A stretch of DNA of 63,537 nucleotides, filler included, from Reticulomyxa filosa (taxonomy: Eukaryota; Protista; Foraminifera): NCBI GenBank assembly GCA_000512085.1. It is 18 parts of 18 records of this genome, joined end to end, with 100 filler letters (N's around TTAATTAATTAA, not from the genome) between each part and the next. Parts side by side here need not be neighbours in the genome. Positions count along the whole stretch, not along the records: positions 1 to 1,184 come from ASPP01017089.1; positions 1,285 to 3,328 come from ASPP01020556.1; positions 3,429 to 4,435 come from ASPP01035979.1; positions 4,536 to 7,878 come from ASPP01013539.1; positions 7,979 to 9,531 come from ASPP01028830.1; positions 9,632 to 13,542 come from ASPP01028389.1; 12 more parts are not named here. The stretch is one strand, 5' to 3'. This document shows, piece by piece, positions 1 to 13,300 of the stretch; position 1 is the stretch's first letter; every line of letters starts with the position of its first letter. The position numbers were made by a program, and so were the translations under genes. The notes beneath the pieces are model-generated. The model did not search any database and was not told the origin of the DNA. It worked only from the letters and a program-made list of their open reading frames with translations.

Positions 1-99
1 AAAAGAACTAATCGAATATGGTATATGGATTAAATTTTCCTTTTTTTTTTTTTTTTGAAAACTCATTATTGATCATTTTACTAAGAAGAACCTTGGTAT

Positions 100-430
100 C
101 TTCGAAAACAAATAGGAATAATTGAAATTTGGAATGTAATATTAGATGAAAGAATGAGGCAAAATGTTCATTATATTGTCTTCTGTTAAACTGACGGAAT
201 TATTCAAATATGGAATGAAATATCAGATCGCAGATTTAAATTAAATGGATATTCAAACACATAAATTTTCATATATTGTCCAGATGATAAGAAAATTCGA
301 TTATGAGATATAGGATGATGTGTTGAAATCCAGAAAGTGAGAGGAAAATGTATGACAGGATTTGATATCTCATCAGATAGTAATATAATTATGTCATCTT
401 TTGACTGGGAAAATTGAATTATGGAATTAT
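100..430 (+). pseudogene. Degenerate WD40-repeat fragment
   Basis: Plus-strand translation gives WD40-like pieces (IEIWNV, DGIIQIWN, DKKIRL*DI, FDISSDSNIIMSS) interrupted by stops and frameshifts. Confidence 0.6.
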
Positions 431-1184
431 TGTGAAATATAATCAACATAAAATATCTACGCTTTTGAAATCGTTTAAAAAATATAACCATTATTTAAAT
501 TATAACACAAATTAACACCACTACTACAAAGACAATATTCTCAGCAAATACAACAATTTGTAATTGTTTTTCAATGCTATGCAAAAAGAATATCAAAATA
601 GACATAAAAGAACTAGTAGTAATTTGTAATGGAAAAAAACACAATACTTCAAATATTTTGTAATTAATTTTATTTTTCATTAATTATACTTTTGAATTGT
701 TTAAAAACATTGAACGTAGCTTTTTTTAATTTTTCAAACAACAAAGCAAGATAAAACACGTCTTTCAATGCTTGCATTCAATCAGATCAAACAAGTTTAA
801 TAAAAACCCTTCAATAGAATAATGTAAAACTTCTCTACAATATTTGTGACGAATAATCAATACCAATTTCAAAAAGAAAAGAGTTGACAACTTGTAATCG
901 TACATAAGACAACATCGCACAAGGTGGTAAAATTGGTGTTTCTACGTTTGCAATTTTGTTATCAAACACAACTAATACTAGTATATCTTAGAAGCAAAAA
1001 GAATTTTTTAACGCATTATTTTTATTTGCACAAATAAAAACTAAGTCAGATCACTTGCCACATTTATGAAAAGAACAAATGGCAAACTAGAATGCGACAA
1101 ATTTTTATTGGCTTCTTTACAATATCACTTCATGATATGCAATGTGCCATACATAAAAATGAATCATAATTTATTGAAGTATTA

Positions 1185-1284
1185 NNNNNNNNNNNNNNNN
1201 NNNNNNNNNNNNNNNNNNNNNNNNNNNNTTAATTAATTAANNNNNNNNNNNNNNNNNNNNNNNNNNNNNNNNNNNNNNNNNNNN
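1185..1284. other. Artificial contig linker (N44-TTAATTAATTAA-N44), first of 17 copies
   Basis: Identical 100-bp spacer with stops in all six frames. Other copies start at about 3329, 4436, 7879, 9532, 13543, 16626, 27183, 31596, 36881, 46911, 48512, 49834, 54887, 56275, 58730 and 60738. Confidence 0.98.
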
Positions 1285-1316
<32 letters not shown>

Positions 1317-1353
1317 TATATTGTTTAATTATTTGTAAATTAAAATCAATAAC

Positions 1354-2435
1354 GGTGCAATGTCATCCAACAAACGTTGGGCTTCATCGCCATTGATAAT
1401 GGTGGACTCAGGGATATCCTCGGTATTGAGCAAATGCTGGACAAAGATAGTGCCCGTCTTTCGCACGCGGACCTCTTCAGTGACGTAGGCTCGAATGGGA
1501 CTCAAGAACTTGGCCTGTCCCTCGGTGTCGGATTTCAATTGTTGATTTCGGAACAGCGGCACAAAGTCTTGACACTGCTCCTCGCCGGCGCGTGTGAGTT
1601 CGCCCCCCCATTTGAGGATACACAATGCCTCGATGACGTCATTGGTCTGCTGATCTCTGGTCTTTGCTTTCAATTGGATTTTTATCGACTGCATTTCCAT
1701 CGACGCGATCTGCGAGATCTTTAGCCACTTGTATTGCTTGCGTTCCAAATATAGCGTCTTGCAAAACTTGGCAAACTGTTGGATCTGCTCGCGATTGCGC
1801 TTGAACACCCACTTCACGCTCTTCTTCGATTTGCTCACGAGCGAACACACGTATCGATTGTGTGTGGTGCACTTGTACTTTTGTTTGGGCGTGCGATCGC
1901 CGTGTCGGAACACTGCCAACACTCCGCGCAATATATGCATTCGCTCTCTGTCGATTATTGCGTTCGATCGCTTTTTTTCCCACAAACAAAGCAATATGTC
2001 TCATATCATTTCACATTAATTTCTTTTTTTTTTTTTATTAAAAAAAAAGGGGATCATACAACCGAGTTTAACTTGCAACACAGGGAATCGATCGATTGGA
2101 ATCGACTTCAAATCATAAAATTCAGGCCTCAATTGCCGGTCAAACTCAATGCACATTTTGCGGATATTATATGCCGCGTCATCAAAAAATTTTCGATTAT
2201 TTTTACAAAAGGAGAAGCCATTCACATCGATTACCATTGACGCACTTTTTTTTGTTTGATAAAAAAATTCATTTTTTTTTTTTTTTTTGTTTTGATAAAA
2301 AAAAACAAACTTGGTAGTCGAGTCTCGAACAATGTCAAATCCACAAACATTTTGTTTAAATGCGTCCACAATCTTTGCTGCAATTGTTCGCTCCTCTTCC
2401 TTTTTTTTTTTAAAAAAAAAAAAACAACCACTATA

Positions 2436-2488
<53 letters not shown>

Positions 2489-3238
2489 GCATATGCATAT
2501 ATATATATATTTGTATATGCATATAATACACATATGAATACCGTCGCTCGACACTTGTATCGCACTTCTTTGTTAAAAGGATCTCTTTTGACAATTCCAT
2601 CTTTGGTCGGCGGCTTTCTTTTTTCGGCGTGCATGTAATTGCGGCCCACCGTGTACACTTTGATGTCATTTGTGCTTGTGACCATTTCCTCATACAAATA
2701 ATTTCCCTCGCAGCGAATGCACGAGCGTCGCTCGCTTCGCTGCTCTTGTCTTGCACTTTTCGGAACAGACGGCGGCAACCTCCGCCTTTCCAATATACCC
2801 ACACGTTGTGATCTTCCGCGTCCAAAGGCTTCTCCACAAATGGTTTGTGTATCTCTGTCCCGTTCACTATTATCTTGTCGTCATATTCTATCACTTTCTA
2901 TCATCCAAACAAGCAACCTTTGTGGATATGCTTTATATTATATACTTATTATATATATATGTATACATATATATATGTATATATTATATATATATATATA
3001 TGTAATAACGTACCCATCCGGGTACTGTTCGATCTAATACTGCATATTTTGGGGTGGGGATGTTGTTTTTGACCAAAAGCTCTTTTACTGCTCGGCGGTT
3101 TCTTATTATGTGTTGGGAGAACACGTCATTTATACATGGCATATTATGCAATTGCACGTAATCCAATGCTTTTTTCCATGGAAAACCATCGCTAAAATAC
3201 GCACACAACACATCACATTTCGGCCATTCTTCGACTGG
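1354..3238 (-). CDS. VIP1: Inositol hexakisphosphate/diphosphoinositol-pentakisphosphate kinase (PPIP5K/Vip1), internal multi-exon fragment
   Basis: ATP-grasp kinase motifs ([62 protein letters not shown]) followed by histidine-phosphatase-like [10 protein letters not shown] and LKWGGELT. Truncated at both contig ends. One apparent 1-nt frameshift near 2725. Confidence 0.93.
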
Positions 3239-3428
3239 CTGTTTATATTTTATTCATTTTTATCCACCCCACCCCCATCCCATCGTCTGTTTTACATAGT
3301 TTTTGCTCCTCATTCTAATTTAATCTCANNNNNNNNNNNNNNNNNNNNNNNNNNNNNNNNNNNNNNNNNNNNTTAATTAATTAANNNNNNNNNNNNNNNN
3401 NNNNNNNNNNNNNNNNNNNNNNNNNNNN

Positions 3429-3875
3429 ATTCCAAATGCATAAATGATGTAAGAGCATATTATAAAATATGACATCCGGGTGAATATGTTTACTTTGCAC
3501 AATTTCAATAATTCGAATGATGGAATTAGGATATTTTAATTCTGAACATCTTTTAACAGCTGCAGCATAGAGAGATGTATCTTGAGATGAACTCTCCTTG
3601 AGATATTGAATAATCTCTTTATCAGATTCCATTTTTCGAATTAATGATCGTTCATGTCGTGATTCAGGGGAAGATGTTGTTTTTGATAATGCACCTTGTT
3701 GTCCCTGTAGTTTTTTCTTGTGTTGAGCCATTTGACGTTGTTCGTCCAATGACGCTTGATATGCTTTGGATTGACGAAGTCGTGTAATTTGAACGCAAGG
3801 AATATTGTTCCAGATTGGGCTCTTGTTCAGTGCTCCTCGTTTAAGGCCAGTTCTTCTGAGAGTTGCAATCATCAT
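3429..3875 (-). CDS. Pentatricopeptide-repeat (PPR) protein, N-terminal part, probably organelle-targeted
   Basis: Arg-rich, acid-poor N-terminus, then PPR-like helices (DTSLYAAAVKRC; IHPDVIFYNMLLHHL). Cut by the contig end. Confidence 0.65.
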
Positions 3876-4535
3876 TGCTGTCTTTTTTTTTTTATCAATT
3901 TCTATACGTGAACTTTGCGAACCTTTTAATTTAAAAAAAAATAATGATGATTCCAAATTTGAGTGCTTCAGTTAGTGTGATTAAATGTCAATTAAGATTA
4001 TTTGTAAAATTATTTTTTTGATGTTGATTTGTAACAAATAAGTGAGCATTTTTGAAGAAATTTGATAATGTTTTTTGGAACAAACTGTGATCAACATTAT
4101 TATCCAAAAACAAAATTTTGAAAAAAATTTTAATTCTAATTGCTGATACAATGGTAGTTGATTGCTTTGTAACAAACACACGCTTGAAAACGACAAGTTC
4201 AACAAAAAAGAGTGAAGAGATTCAACGTTCAAAATTTTTTTTGAAAACTACCCCAATTGATATCATCCTCACCGGGAAGTACATTTCTTTCTTTTGTGTT
4301 CAACTAATGACTTTTTGCGTTGAAATTCAAATCTATAAATGTGTACAATAACAAATTGGTAATGCAAAAACAGTAATTGTTTTGAGAATAAATTGAAAAA
4401 TGCTGAGTTATGATAAAGTGTTCGTCTATTATTTTNNNNNNNNNNNNNNNNNNNNNNNNNNNNNNNNNNNNNNNNNNNNTTAATTAATTAANNNNNNNNN
4501 NNNNNNNNNNNNNNNNNNNNNNNNNNNNNNNNNNN

Positions 4536-6496
4536 TTTTTTTTTTTTTTTTTTTTTTGGTAAACTTTTTTCTTGGCCAATGTTTGATTTTTATTATTATT
4601 TGCAGTATTCAAATCACTGTGTTTGTCTTTCGATTGATGTTCTTTGTTATTAGCTGAAGTGCTCGTGTTGCCATTGACAGACTCTGCTGCGAAACGATTG
4701 TTTGAAGCAGCCACTGCCCCACTCTTCGTTTTCATTTGCTGTGCAGCATGTAACGCTTGATTCATTTTTTGAACCACTAATGGCGATATTTCTGCTTCCT
4801 CATTGTTGTCAGTGCCAGAGTTGAGATTTGATGCATTCGTCGTTTTATCTTCTTTTTTTTGTTCAACGGTTTGCTGGTTATATCGTCGTCGTCCTATCTC
4901 AAATTTTTTATAGTTTGATATGCATATGTATGTATATGCAAATATATAAATATATACATGTATATGTATATTATATATATTTGTGTGGTTTTTTTTTTTG
5001 ACAAGTGATGGCCAGTATTGGACAAATATGGAGAGGATACTCAACAAAGAATTTGGATAGATCAACGGTATATTGCTGTGTGTCATTTGAGGTTAGATTT
5101 GCACTTGTGAACAATGGATTTTTTTTAATTGTTTTAATTCTTCTTCTAAAGCGGCTCTATCCAATTCCAAGTCCTATTATTGTCCCATATTTTTATCTTG
5201 TTGTTTTGTTTACTGAAAATTAAATTGTTCTCATTTTGACCACAGCCTACAATTACAGTTTTGGAATGGCCTTTTGTGTGTTTCGCTTGATGAGCAAAGA
5301 ACAACAACGACAAACCTGAACAGTCCAACGTAAACGCAACAACTCGTCATCTTTTTTGGCCAATTGTTCATTGCTACTGATTAAAATCTGTTGCATTTCC
5401 GAAGCATTTTCGGATTTCAATATTTCCAGCGATTTTTGTAATTTTTGTTGTTCAATTTGTTGTTGTTGATACTTTCGTAAGTTCTCTTCCATTTCTCGTC
5501 TCACCTTTTCTAATTCTTCATTCGATAGAATTACATTGTTATTGTTACTTTTTTTTTGAGGCTGTGGTGTATGCATATATATATGTATATATGTATATAT
5601 ACACATATATATTTTCTTCCAAAAGTAAATTTAAAGAAGTTAACAAAGCATAAACATATAATATATATGTACATATACATATATATTATATATATATGTA
5701 TATGTATATAATTATATTTATTTTTTTTTTTATTAGTGCTACTTATTATCATAAATATATATAAAAAAAAATTACTATGTGATGAGTGTGTCAATGTATA
5801 CGTATGTATAGCTGAGGACAAAACTGGAATAAATTTCGTGCCGTGGGTTGCTAACAAATTTTCCAATCCTTTCAACTGTAATTCATAATTCTCTTTCATT
5901 TGTGCCATTTCTTCTTGAATGGATTTAATGAGATGGTCCTTTTCATCCAACTCACCTTTTTTTTTTTTTTTTTGTCCACAAAAAAAAATAAATTCCATCA
6001 CTGTTCTTTTTAAAAAATTTGTTGGAGTGTTTACTCCTTCTTTTCTTCCTTTCGTTCTTTTTCTCCCCTCCTCCTTTTTGAAACAAAGGTTAATCAGCAA
6101 CGTGAGAGATACCCTTTGCATCTCTTCGAGAAAAAAAACACACATCAAACCAACACAAATGCAAGCGACCGACCTTCCAAGGTTTTATTCGTAACATATA
6201 AACGATTGCAAGTGTTTCGGATTTGCAATGCTTTATTTTGGACAACTCCAACAACATTGCGCCATTCATTAATATGATTTTTTACTGTCAGATGCAAATT
6301 TTCATAACTATGCTCGCCAGCGTCCATTAGACGTAATTCTGCTGAAGAGAGCATTGGTTCGATCTCGTCACTGTTACGTGTGCAACAGTTCTTGACAATG
6401 ATACATCACTTTCTCCAGTTCGTACTTGTCACTGTCTTTACTCGCTGCAAATGAAGATGAGTGATCCATGTTTAATGGCGTAATTGGCGTTGACAT
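4536..6496 (-). CDS. Hypothetical coiled-coil protein, multi-exon, 3' truncated
   Basis: Series of E/Q/K-rich heptad exons (ELDEKDHLIKSIQEEMAQMKENYELQL; ELEKVRREMEENLRKYQQQQ) separated by TA-rich introns. Apparent frameshifts near 6378 and 5122. Confidence 0.55.
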
Positions 6497-7031
6497 ATTC
6501 TGTTTGAAGGAAAAAAAAAAGCTGAATTTTAGAAAGGGAAAAAGAAAAAAATCTGATATATTAATTACACTTCTCATGGCTTGAATGACAAATTTTTGTT
6601 CCAGCGGCCATACAACAGATCCAATAGTCCGTGAACAAATTTTTAAAATCAATGTCAATTTCTGCATTGCATTTTTGAAGCAAAACGGAAAAAGCCATAC
6701 GTTTATGAAAGTTTTTCGAAAACGAATGAAATTGTTAGTGTCATGGTGCAGCTAAATTGCAAAAAAAAAAAGAAGTGTGGCAAGTGTTACTTGCGAATTA
6801 AAATATTTAACAAAAAATTTGGAGTTGTACTTTTTACGTATGCAGATTTTTTGACTTCAAAAAAAAAAAGTAGAGTTATCAAGCAAGTAAGATTTCCAGC
6901 AATTGCTTATTGAAGAGCACCCCTTCATTGATGAGTAAAAACTAAAATGAATACCTTCTTTTAGCCACACACAAAATACTCTCGAAAACTATTAGGAAAA
7001 AAACAAACAGAAACAAAAAAGAAAATCCTAA

Positions 7032-7809
7032 TTACTTTGTGCTAAAATGATCCGCCAATTCAGCAGCAGCTCGGCTGACATTCCAATCGTTGGCAATGAG
7101 AACAGAAACAACAACATCACGATCTTTGAACCCAAGTTCACTGATCATTCGTTCGATCTTGGTCTCTTGGGTTTGGTTCAATCCCGATCTCACAACCAAT
7201 TTCATGTCCAAAATTGGTCCAACCTTTCGATTGTCGTGAGTAACCATTTGCCAGGACACAACGTACTTTCCACACGATGAGGGTGCTCGAGCATTGACAG
7301 TGATATTTGTTTGGCCATTGGGTTTGGCTTCGTAGGTGACAAGGATATCTTCTTCACAAATAGCAATGTATTTCTGTGGTTCGGTAGGGACGAGTTTGAC
7401 TTTGAATCGTAACGGCATGTCACCTGTCAAGGATTTCATCAGTAATAGTGTATAATAACAAAGGACAAGCGCCATACCAACACAACAAAACAGACAAATT
7501 GTTTTAAAGTGGACAAAACTGTTATTTTGTAAAATCCATCCATATTCTTGTTCTTCACAGGGTTTCCAAATATCATTGCCAATAATCCCCTTCACAGTCA
7601 GCAGTTCTTTGTTGCTATCATCATAGTGTTGCATTTGGCCACAGCTTTGGCAATTTTGAAATGACTCATGATTGTTAGTACTGCACAATCGGCATTTCCA
7701 CTCTTTTTTTTTGTTAGGGCGTTGTTTGGGACTTTTGGCTTTGCTTTGTTGCTGTTGTTGTTGTTGTTGTTGTTGTTGTTGCTGTTGCTGCTGTTGTTGT
7801 TGCTGTTGT

Positions 7810-7841
<32 letters not shown>

Positions 7842-7878
7842 TTGTTGTTGCTGCTGCTGCTGTAGCTGTAATTGTTGA
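7032..7878 (-). CDS. NBR1-like protein C-terminus: polyQ, RanBP2/NZF zinc finger, FW (Ig-like) domain, UBA
   Basis: WKCRLCSTNNHESFQNCQSC fits W-x-C-x2-C-x3-N-x6-C-x2-C. WILQN...V.ARAPSSCGKYVVSWQM...VGP.L is NBR1-FW-like. ELGFKDRDVVVSVLIANDWNVSRAAAEL is UBA-like. One 96-nt intron at 7424-7519. 5' truncated. Confidence 0.75.
7748..7866 (-). repeat. (CAA/CAG)n trinucleotide tract encoding polyglutamine
   Basis: About 39 consecutive TTG/CTG triplets on the plus strand, in frame with the zinc-finger exon on the minus strand. Confidence 0.9.
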
Positions 7879-8479
7879 NNNNNNNNNNNNNNNNNNNNNN
7901 NNNNNNNNNNNNNNNNNNNNNNTTAATTAATTAANNNNNNNNNNNNNNNNNNNNNNNNNNNNNNNNNNNNNNNNNNNNACAAAAACGTTTGGACCATCAC
8001 GACAATATAAATATATTTGCAATATCAATGAACAATTCTATCAGCTACGTGTAGAATTGATAACATGGAAACTTGCACAATATTCACAAGTCAATTGTCT
8101 GACAATCGTATCGTTGGTGCAAATTTTCAATAATGAGTCAATACCATCAAAGAATGAAAGTATGCGTATTCCCCAACAAGCTACCGATCAATCCAAAGAA
8201 GAACCCACATAACAAAACGCTTTCCATAAATATGTTCCCGTTTACGTCGACAATCTCATCAGCGTTTTATAAATTTGTCTTCAAATCGACATTATGCAGG
8301 TAAATAACATTGAGTAAAAGATCAAATGTGAAAAAAAAAATATTCATTAAAAAAAAAAAGTGTACGTTTACGTATATCAGAGATAATAAGGGGAGTATAG
8401 ATCGCACAAATAAGGAATTTGATTCAAAATAATTTTTTAAAAATAATAACAAACAATAGTGCACTTACAAATTGCGAAG

Positions 8480-9460
8480 TGGAAATGTTGATGGCATCAC
8501 CATTGAATGAAATACGCAGACGGTGCCAACAATCGGGAATGAGTATGACATTCAAGACACTGTTTACAATCAATTATTCCGGATGCCACATCGATACGAG
8601 CGCAGAACTAAGCTGCAAACACTGTCTATCGTCGCAGCAAATTTGTCATTCCAACGTACCGCTGCCAAATTCTTATCATTGATTTGCACAATTTCGCCGG
8701 CTATGTTACAAGTGTTATCCAACTCTACAATGTTAAGTTATTTTTTTTTTATTTATTTTTTTAAAAAAAAAGCAAACAAACAAAAAATTGTATATATCAT
8801 ACAGATTATCAAGATATACTCAATAATTTGATGGTATTGAAGGTGAGTCATGGACAGACGGCGATGAACGTTCAAAATGAAAATTCGTCTATATTGCCCG
8901 ATTGCCCATTACATGCCCTTAAGGCGATTGAAGCGCTATTGGCGCAAATAAGAGAAATATGCACAACGCAACTGACGAGCAATTCTATTGCAAGTCGGCC
9001 GTGATGCATATACTCTTTTTGTGCAAAGAGGCGCAGATTTCTCCAATAAGTGGCGTCCAGTGGCATCTATGCAGTCAATGCAACATCAGCATGACTGTGG
9101 GCACCAACAGACTCACTTGCCTCACAAATTGCTCCAGCTCCAACACGACAATTATATTTACATTTTCACAATCAATAATAATATGCATGCCTACAAATAA
9201 TTACATTGACATCCAATCTACGTCGACTATGTCCTGCTGCCAGGTTATCTTTTTTTTCTTTTTTTTTTTGTCTCTGCGATATAGACATTTTCCATTGGCT
9301 ATGACTTGTGTATAGTGTGCATGTGGAGCTTGGAGATATAAACGAAGCGGCGCAAATAATTGTACAAATTGGAGAAGCCGAAGATGATAATTGAATCCCA
9401 CCACTTATCGTTATGGCAACGCAATGCGAGTAGTGGATTACAATATTGTGCACCAGATAA
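8480..9460 (+). pseudogene. Degenerate RBR (Ariadne-like) E3 ubiquitin ligase fragment
   Basis: Frame-shifted Cys/His motifs: LSCKHC, LPITCP*GD (end of RING1), FVQ..KWRP, CV*CACG, ESHH..QCE*WI (IBR-like). Many stops. Confidence 0.45.
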
Positions 9461-9631
9461 GGTAAAATCTTTTTTTTGTTATGTGCAATCTGTAAATATA
9501 TGTTGTGTGTTTGTCACAATAGAATCCTCCCNNNNNNNNNNNNNNNNNNNNNNNNNNNNNNNNNNNNNNNNNNNNTTAATTAATTAANNNNNNNNNNNNN
9601 NNNNNNNNNNNNNNNNNNNNNNNNNNNNNNN

Positions 9632-10327
9632 CCAACAAAAAAAGAAGAAAATGAAGAAAAACAATTAAAAAAAAAAACAAAATCAAGTTCAAAGATTAGT
9701 AGTCCAAATTTATTGGATAAAAAGAAAAAACGAGCATTATCGAGCCCGAAAAAAAGGCTTTTAAATAAAGCAGGTATAAGCTCTAAGAATGTGCCTAATG
9801 AAAAAAAAGCAGACGAACTAATTGAAGCTCATAATAGTAATACATTGTCTTGGTCAAGGTATACAAAAGCTGGCTTGAAAAAACAATGCATTGAAGATGG
9901 CATATACACTACAGATATGACAATAAAACAAATGCAAGATAGAATCGGCAAATTAAAGCCGAGGATAAATACAACATACATTAATTTTGTTGATGTGATT
10001 GTACAAATTGGAAGCTATTTATTATGGACAGGTGCAAAAGTAGGTGTATTAATGGCATATCCCGATATTGTATGCGTACTTTGTGAAGTAAACCAAGATA
10101 CGAAACGATTCAAGTTTAGGGTGTTCCCAGTATTGTCAAGTCAAAACGTATCTGAAGAAATTACATGGATAATGCAAATACTTGATTTTGCTAAAACATG
10201 TGGAAGAAATGAAATTGTGCTAAGGGCTAATGATGCAGTGATAAAACAAAAATCAGGCAACGATAGTGGTGATGGCAATGATAGTGATGATGGCAATGAA
10301 GATGATTGCAATGATATTGCTAAATGA
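9632..10327 (+). CDS. Hypothetical protein: K-rich region, SAP-like motif and REase-like C-terminal segment (5' truncated)
   Basis: Frame is open from the contig start. YTKAGLKKQCIEDGIYTTDMTIKQMQDRI is SAP-like. VQIGSYLLWTGAKVGVLMAY resembles the QxxxY..G.L..Y segment of PD-(D/E)xK nucleases. Acidic tail. Confidence 0.45.
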   Translation, partial: PTKKEENEEKQLKKKTKSSSKISSPNLLDKKKKRALSSPKKRLLNKAGISSKNVPNEKKADELIEAHNSNTLSWSRYTKAGLKKQCIEDGIYTTDMTIKQMQDRIGKLKPRINTTYINFVDVIVQIGSYLLWTGAKVGVLMAYPDIVCVLCEVNQDTKRFKFRVFPVLSSQNVSEEITWIMQILDFAKTCGRNEIVLRANDAVIKQKSGNDSGDGNDSDDGNEDDCNDIAK

Positions 10328-13300
10328 AAATTTATTTTCATTTTCTTGTAAATATTTTTTTTGAATTAATATGAGATATATACAAAATAAGTCATGTCTA
10401 AGTATTTACTTATTTTGTGTATTTCTTATTTAAAAAAAAGTTTGATTTAATGCAATTGAAAATTCAATTGAACAACACTAAAATATTATCTCGTTGTTAA
10501 ACGAGATTCAAAAATGAAATGCAAGAGTTTATTGGAGGCATCAAGGGAGTTTTGGATTGTACTATATAGACTGCCAGCAAATAAATCTCTCTAGCATGCA
10601 AAAACATGCTGTCTTTCTCAACATTGTTGAGCTCCAAATCTATTATACATAATCGAATTGAGTAACTGCGCAGAGGCTATAGGAAATTTAGATATCATGA
10701 CCGCTACCTGTTTTTTAAGAAGTTCTCAGAAATGCCTAGGGTTCAGAGGGAGACACTTTTGTAAATGCATACAATGAAAAGTTTTCCAAATCTTACGTTG
10801 CATACACATTGCTTTCTTTTAGTTTTATTCTGGACATTGCGGTAGTTATCTTTGCTCTTTTAGTTGTCTCCAGTTGATTCGATATTTACTTGGTCGCATT
10901 TGCTTTGGCCAACGCCGCTACTGCAACGTGACACTCCGTAATTTTGTGATTCACAGTTACGCCTCTTTGCCACCGCATTGCGTATATATATTCTTGGCTA
11001 TCACACTTTTCGAGATAGTACTAGTGTCAGTTCTGTTCACAATTGATATTCCTCTAATCATTTTATCCTTCTTTATTTTTAATTTTAATTCTTCTACTCT
11101 TTATCTCTTTTTGTATTGCCCCAGTCTGCTTTGGATGATCTCTTTTTTTGTAAAGAAATCACGACCTTTTTTCCACAAAAAAAACAGTTATAGTTTTTTA
11201 ATGTCCCTTTCAATTGAAGAAAATTTTATAGATTTGATTTACATCCTATCTTTTCACCATCTTCTTCTCTATTTTTTTTTGCTCGTGTAAAATTGTGGTA
11301 AAGCTCATAAATCTTAGATTGAACATCACAACAACCAAATTTGTAAGTTATTATCTTGTTGTTGCGAATTTCAGTTTATCTGAATGCAGCGTCTAATTTT
11401 ACAAATTAAAAAAAGTGCTAATTTGTAGGTAGGGACGGCGCAATCCTTTTTCATTTCATACTTCCTCACTTACTTCTCTCTTATTCTTTGCTTGTTTCAT
11501 TTTTCTTTCGTTACGTATTTAATTCATTGTAGCTTTTTTACTGAAATTATGCTTAAAAAAGTGCAGTTTTTGTATTACATTGCTAGTGCTGAGTTCATTT
11601 TTAATCGATCATATTCAAGAGATCAAAAAATATGTATATTGCCTATAAACAGTGTTTTTGTCAGTTAAAAAATTTAAAATTTTTATATTTTTCTTAAAAG
11701 TGATACTGTCTAATAAACTGTAAAATCTTGCAATTCGGTTTTTAAAATTATTTTTTCAAGTGTTCAGAATTGTTGGGTGTGCATGAGACCTGGAGCAGTT
11801 AATGTGATCAAAGGGGTTTTTCTTTGCGACCCAAGTTTTGATCTGCATTTTGCCAAAAAATTCCAACATCTTCGCTGTGGTACATAGCAAGACGCTTTGA
11901 CACTTCGGTGGACAATCTAAGATAAAGAACTTGATAACAATAACTTGCAATAAAGACATAGTAAGGATAACAGCACAAAGTGCAAAGAACAAATCGAGTG
12001 TTTGAATAACCAATAGCTACTACAATCAATGCCACATCACAACAAGAGCATCCATTGTCGCGTGGGATATCATCTACACACTGTTCACCTATGGCGATGT
12101 TGTTATTTTCCTGCCCGAAAATGGTTGCTGTTACGTACAATTCCAACACTTCCAACAAAAAAGAAGTCCTTATAAAAAGGGTTACCCCCTTTTTTTTCCT
12201 AGGTAAAAAAAAAGATTTTTTTCACAAAAAACCGACAAAAAGAAAATTGTCCAAATGTACTCTTCGAAAAAGAACAAAAACGTCGAACTCTGTCCGACCG
12301 AATGCAGAAATATCTCACAATAATTTACACTGGCTTCTTTCCTTTATCAAAATCATTACATCATTTGTTACATTTCAACAAACACACTCTTGTCATTTTT
12401 TTTCTATTTTTTGTTACCGGTAGAAGATCAAAATTAATGTCATAAAAAGCATCAATATTCTTTTAATAAAAAATGTTACATTTGCAATATTATAGATATT
12501 TTTAAGATTGAAGAATTCAAAAAAATTACTCAAAAAATAATTCAGATTTAATATTTTTTTGAAGGATAAATTTTGCAAAACGTGATCTACTTTTAAAAAG
12601 ATCAAGAAACTCGTTGCAATTTTTTTCAAAATATCTTCATGATTTGCATTTTTCACGTTTTCCTACTTTTATTTTGACAGTCTTGTTTTTAGTTTTATGA
12701 TCATTGATATAATTTTAGAACACGACATGAAAAAATTTATTAAAACTGCAAAGAGTTGTCGAACAATATAAACATAAGGAATCTTCTTATTTCAGGTGTA
12801 AATCAGGAAGAAATAAAAAAATAAAAAGATCAACTCAACCCAACCTTTAAGACTATTACGTTGTCACAATTTGGCATCATCAATAGTAATAAACAATAAA
12901 AAAAACAATGAAAGATATTGTAAAAATATTAATAAAATATAACAACATGCATTATTAAAAATATTTTCCTTATTTCCTCCATATTATAATATGTATATAT
13001 AAAATAAACAAGTGACAGCACAAAAACAAATGTCTTTATTGCTTCAAACAAGCAATAGTTATTATCTCTTGACAAAATTGGCAATTGCAAACTATTGAAT
13101 AAAAATGAATCAACACAAAAAGACCAAAAGAGTCAAATCAAACAATGAAAAAAAAAAGATAAATTAAAACCAAAACACGAGTTAAAAAAAAATTCTTATT
13201 TCTTTTATGAGTCTTGGGACTGATAAATGTTTATTAGTATTGGAAACAATGTTGACGATTGTTTCAGTATTGGTAAGAAAGTTGTTGACCAGAAGTGAGT

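Noticed and set aside
2231-3072. YI/YM/CI-rich ORFs
   Set aside because: Translations of TA/TG microsatellite introns within the PPIP5K gene.
7668-7878. Poly-Leu and poly-Cys ORFs on the plus strand
   Set aside because: Antisense and alternative-frame shadows of the polyQ tract.
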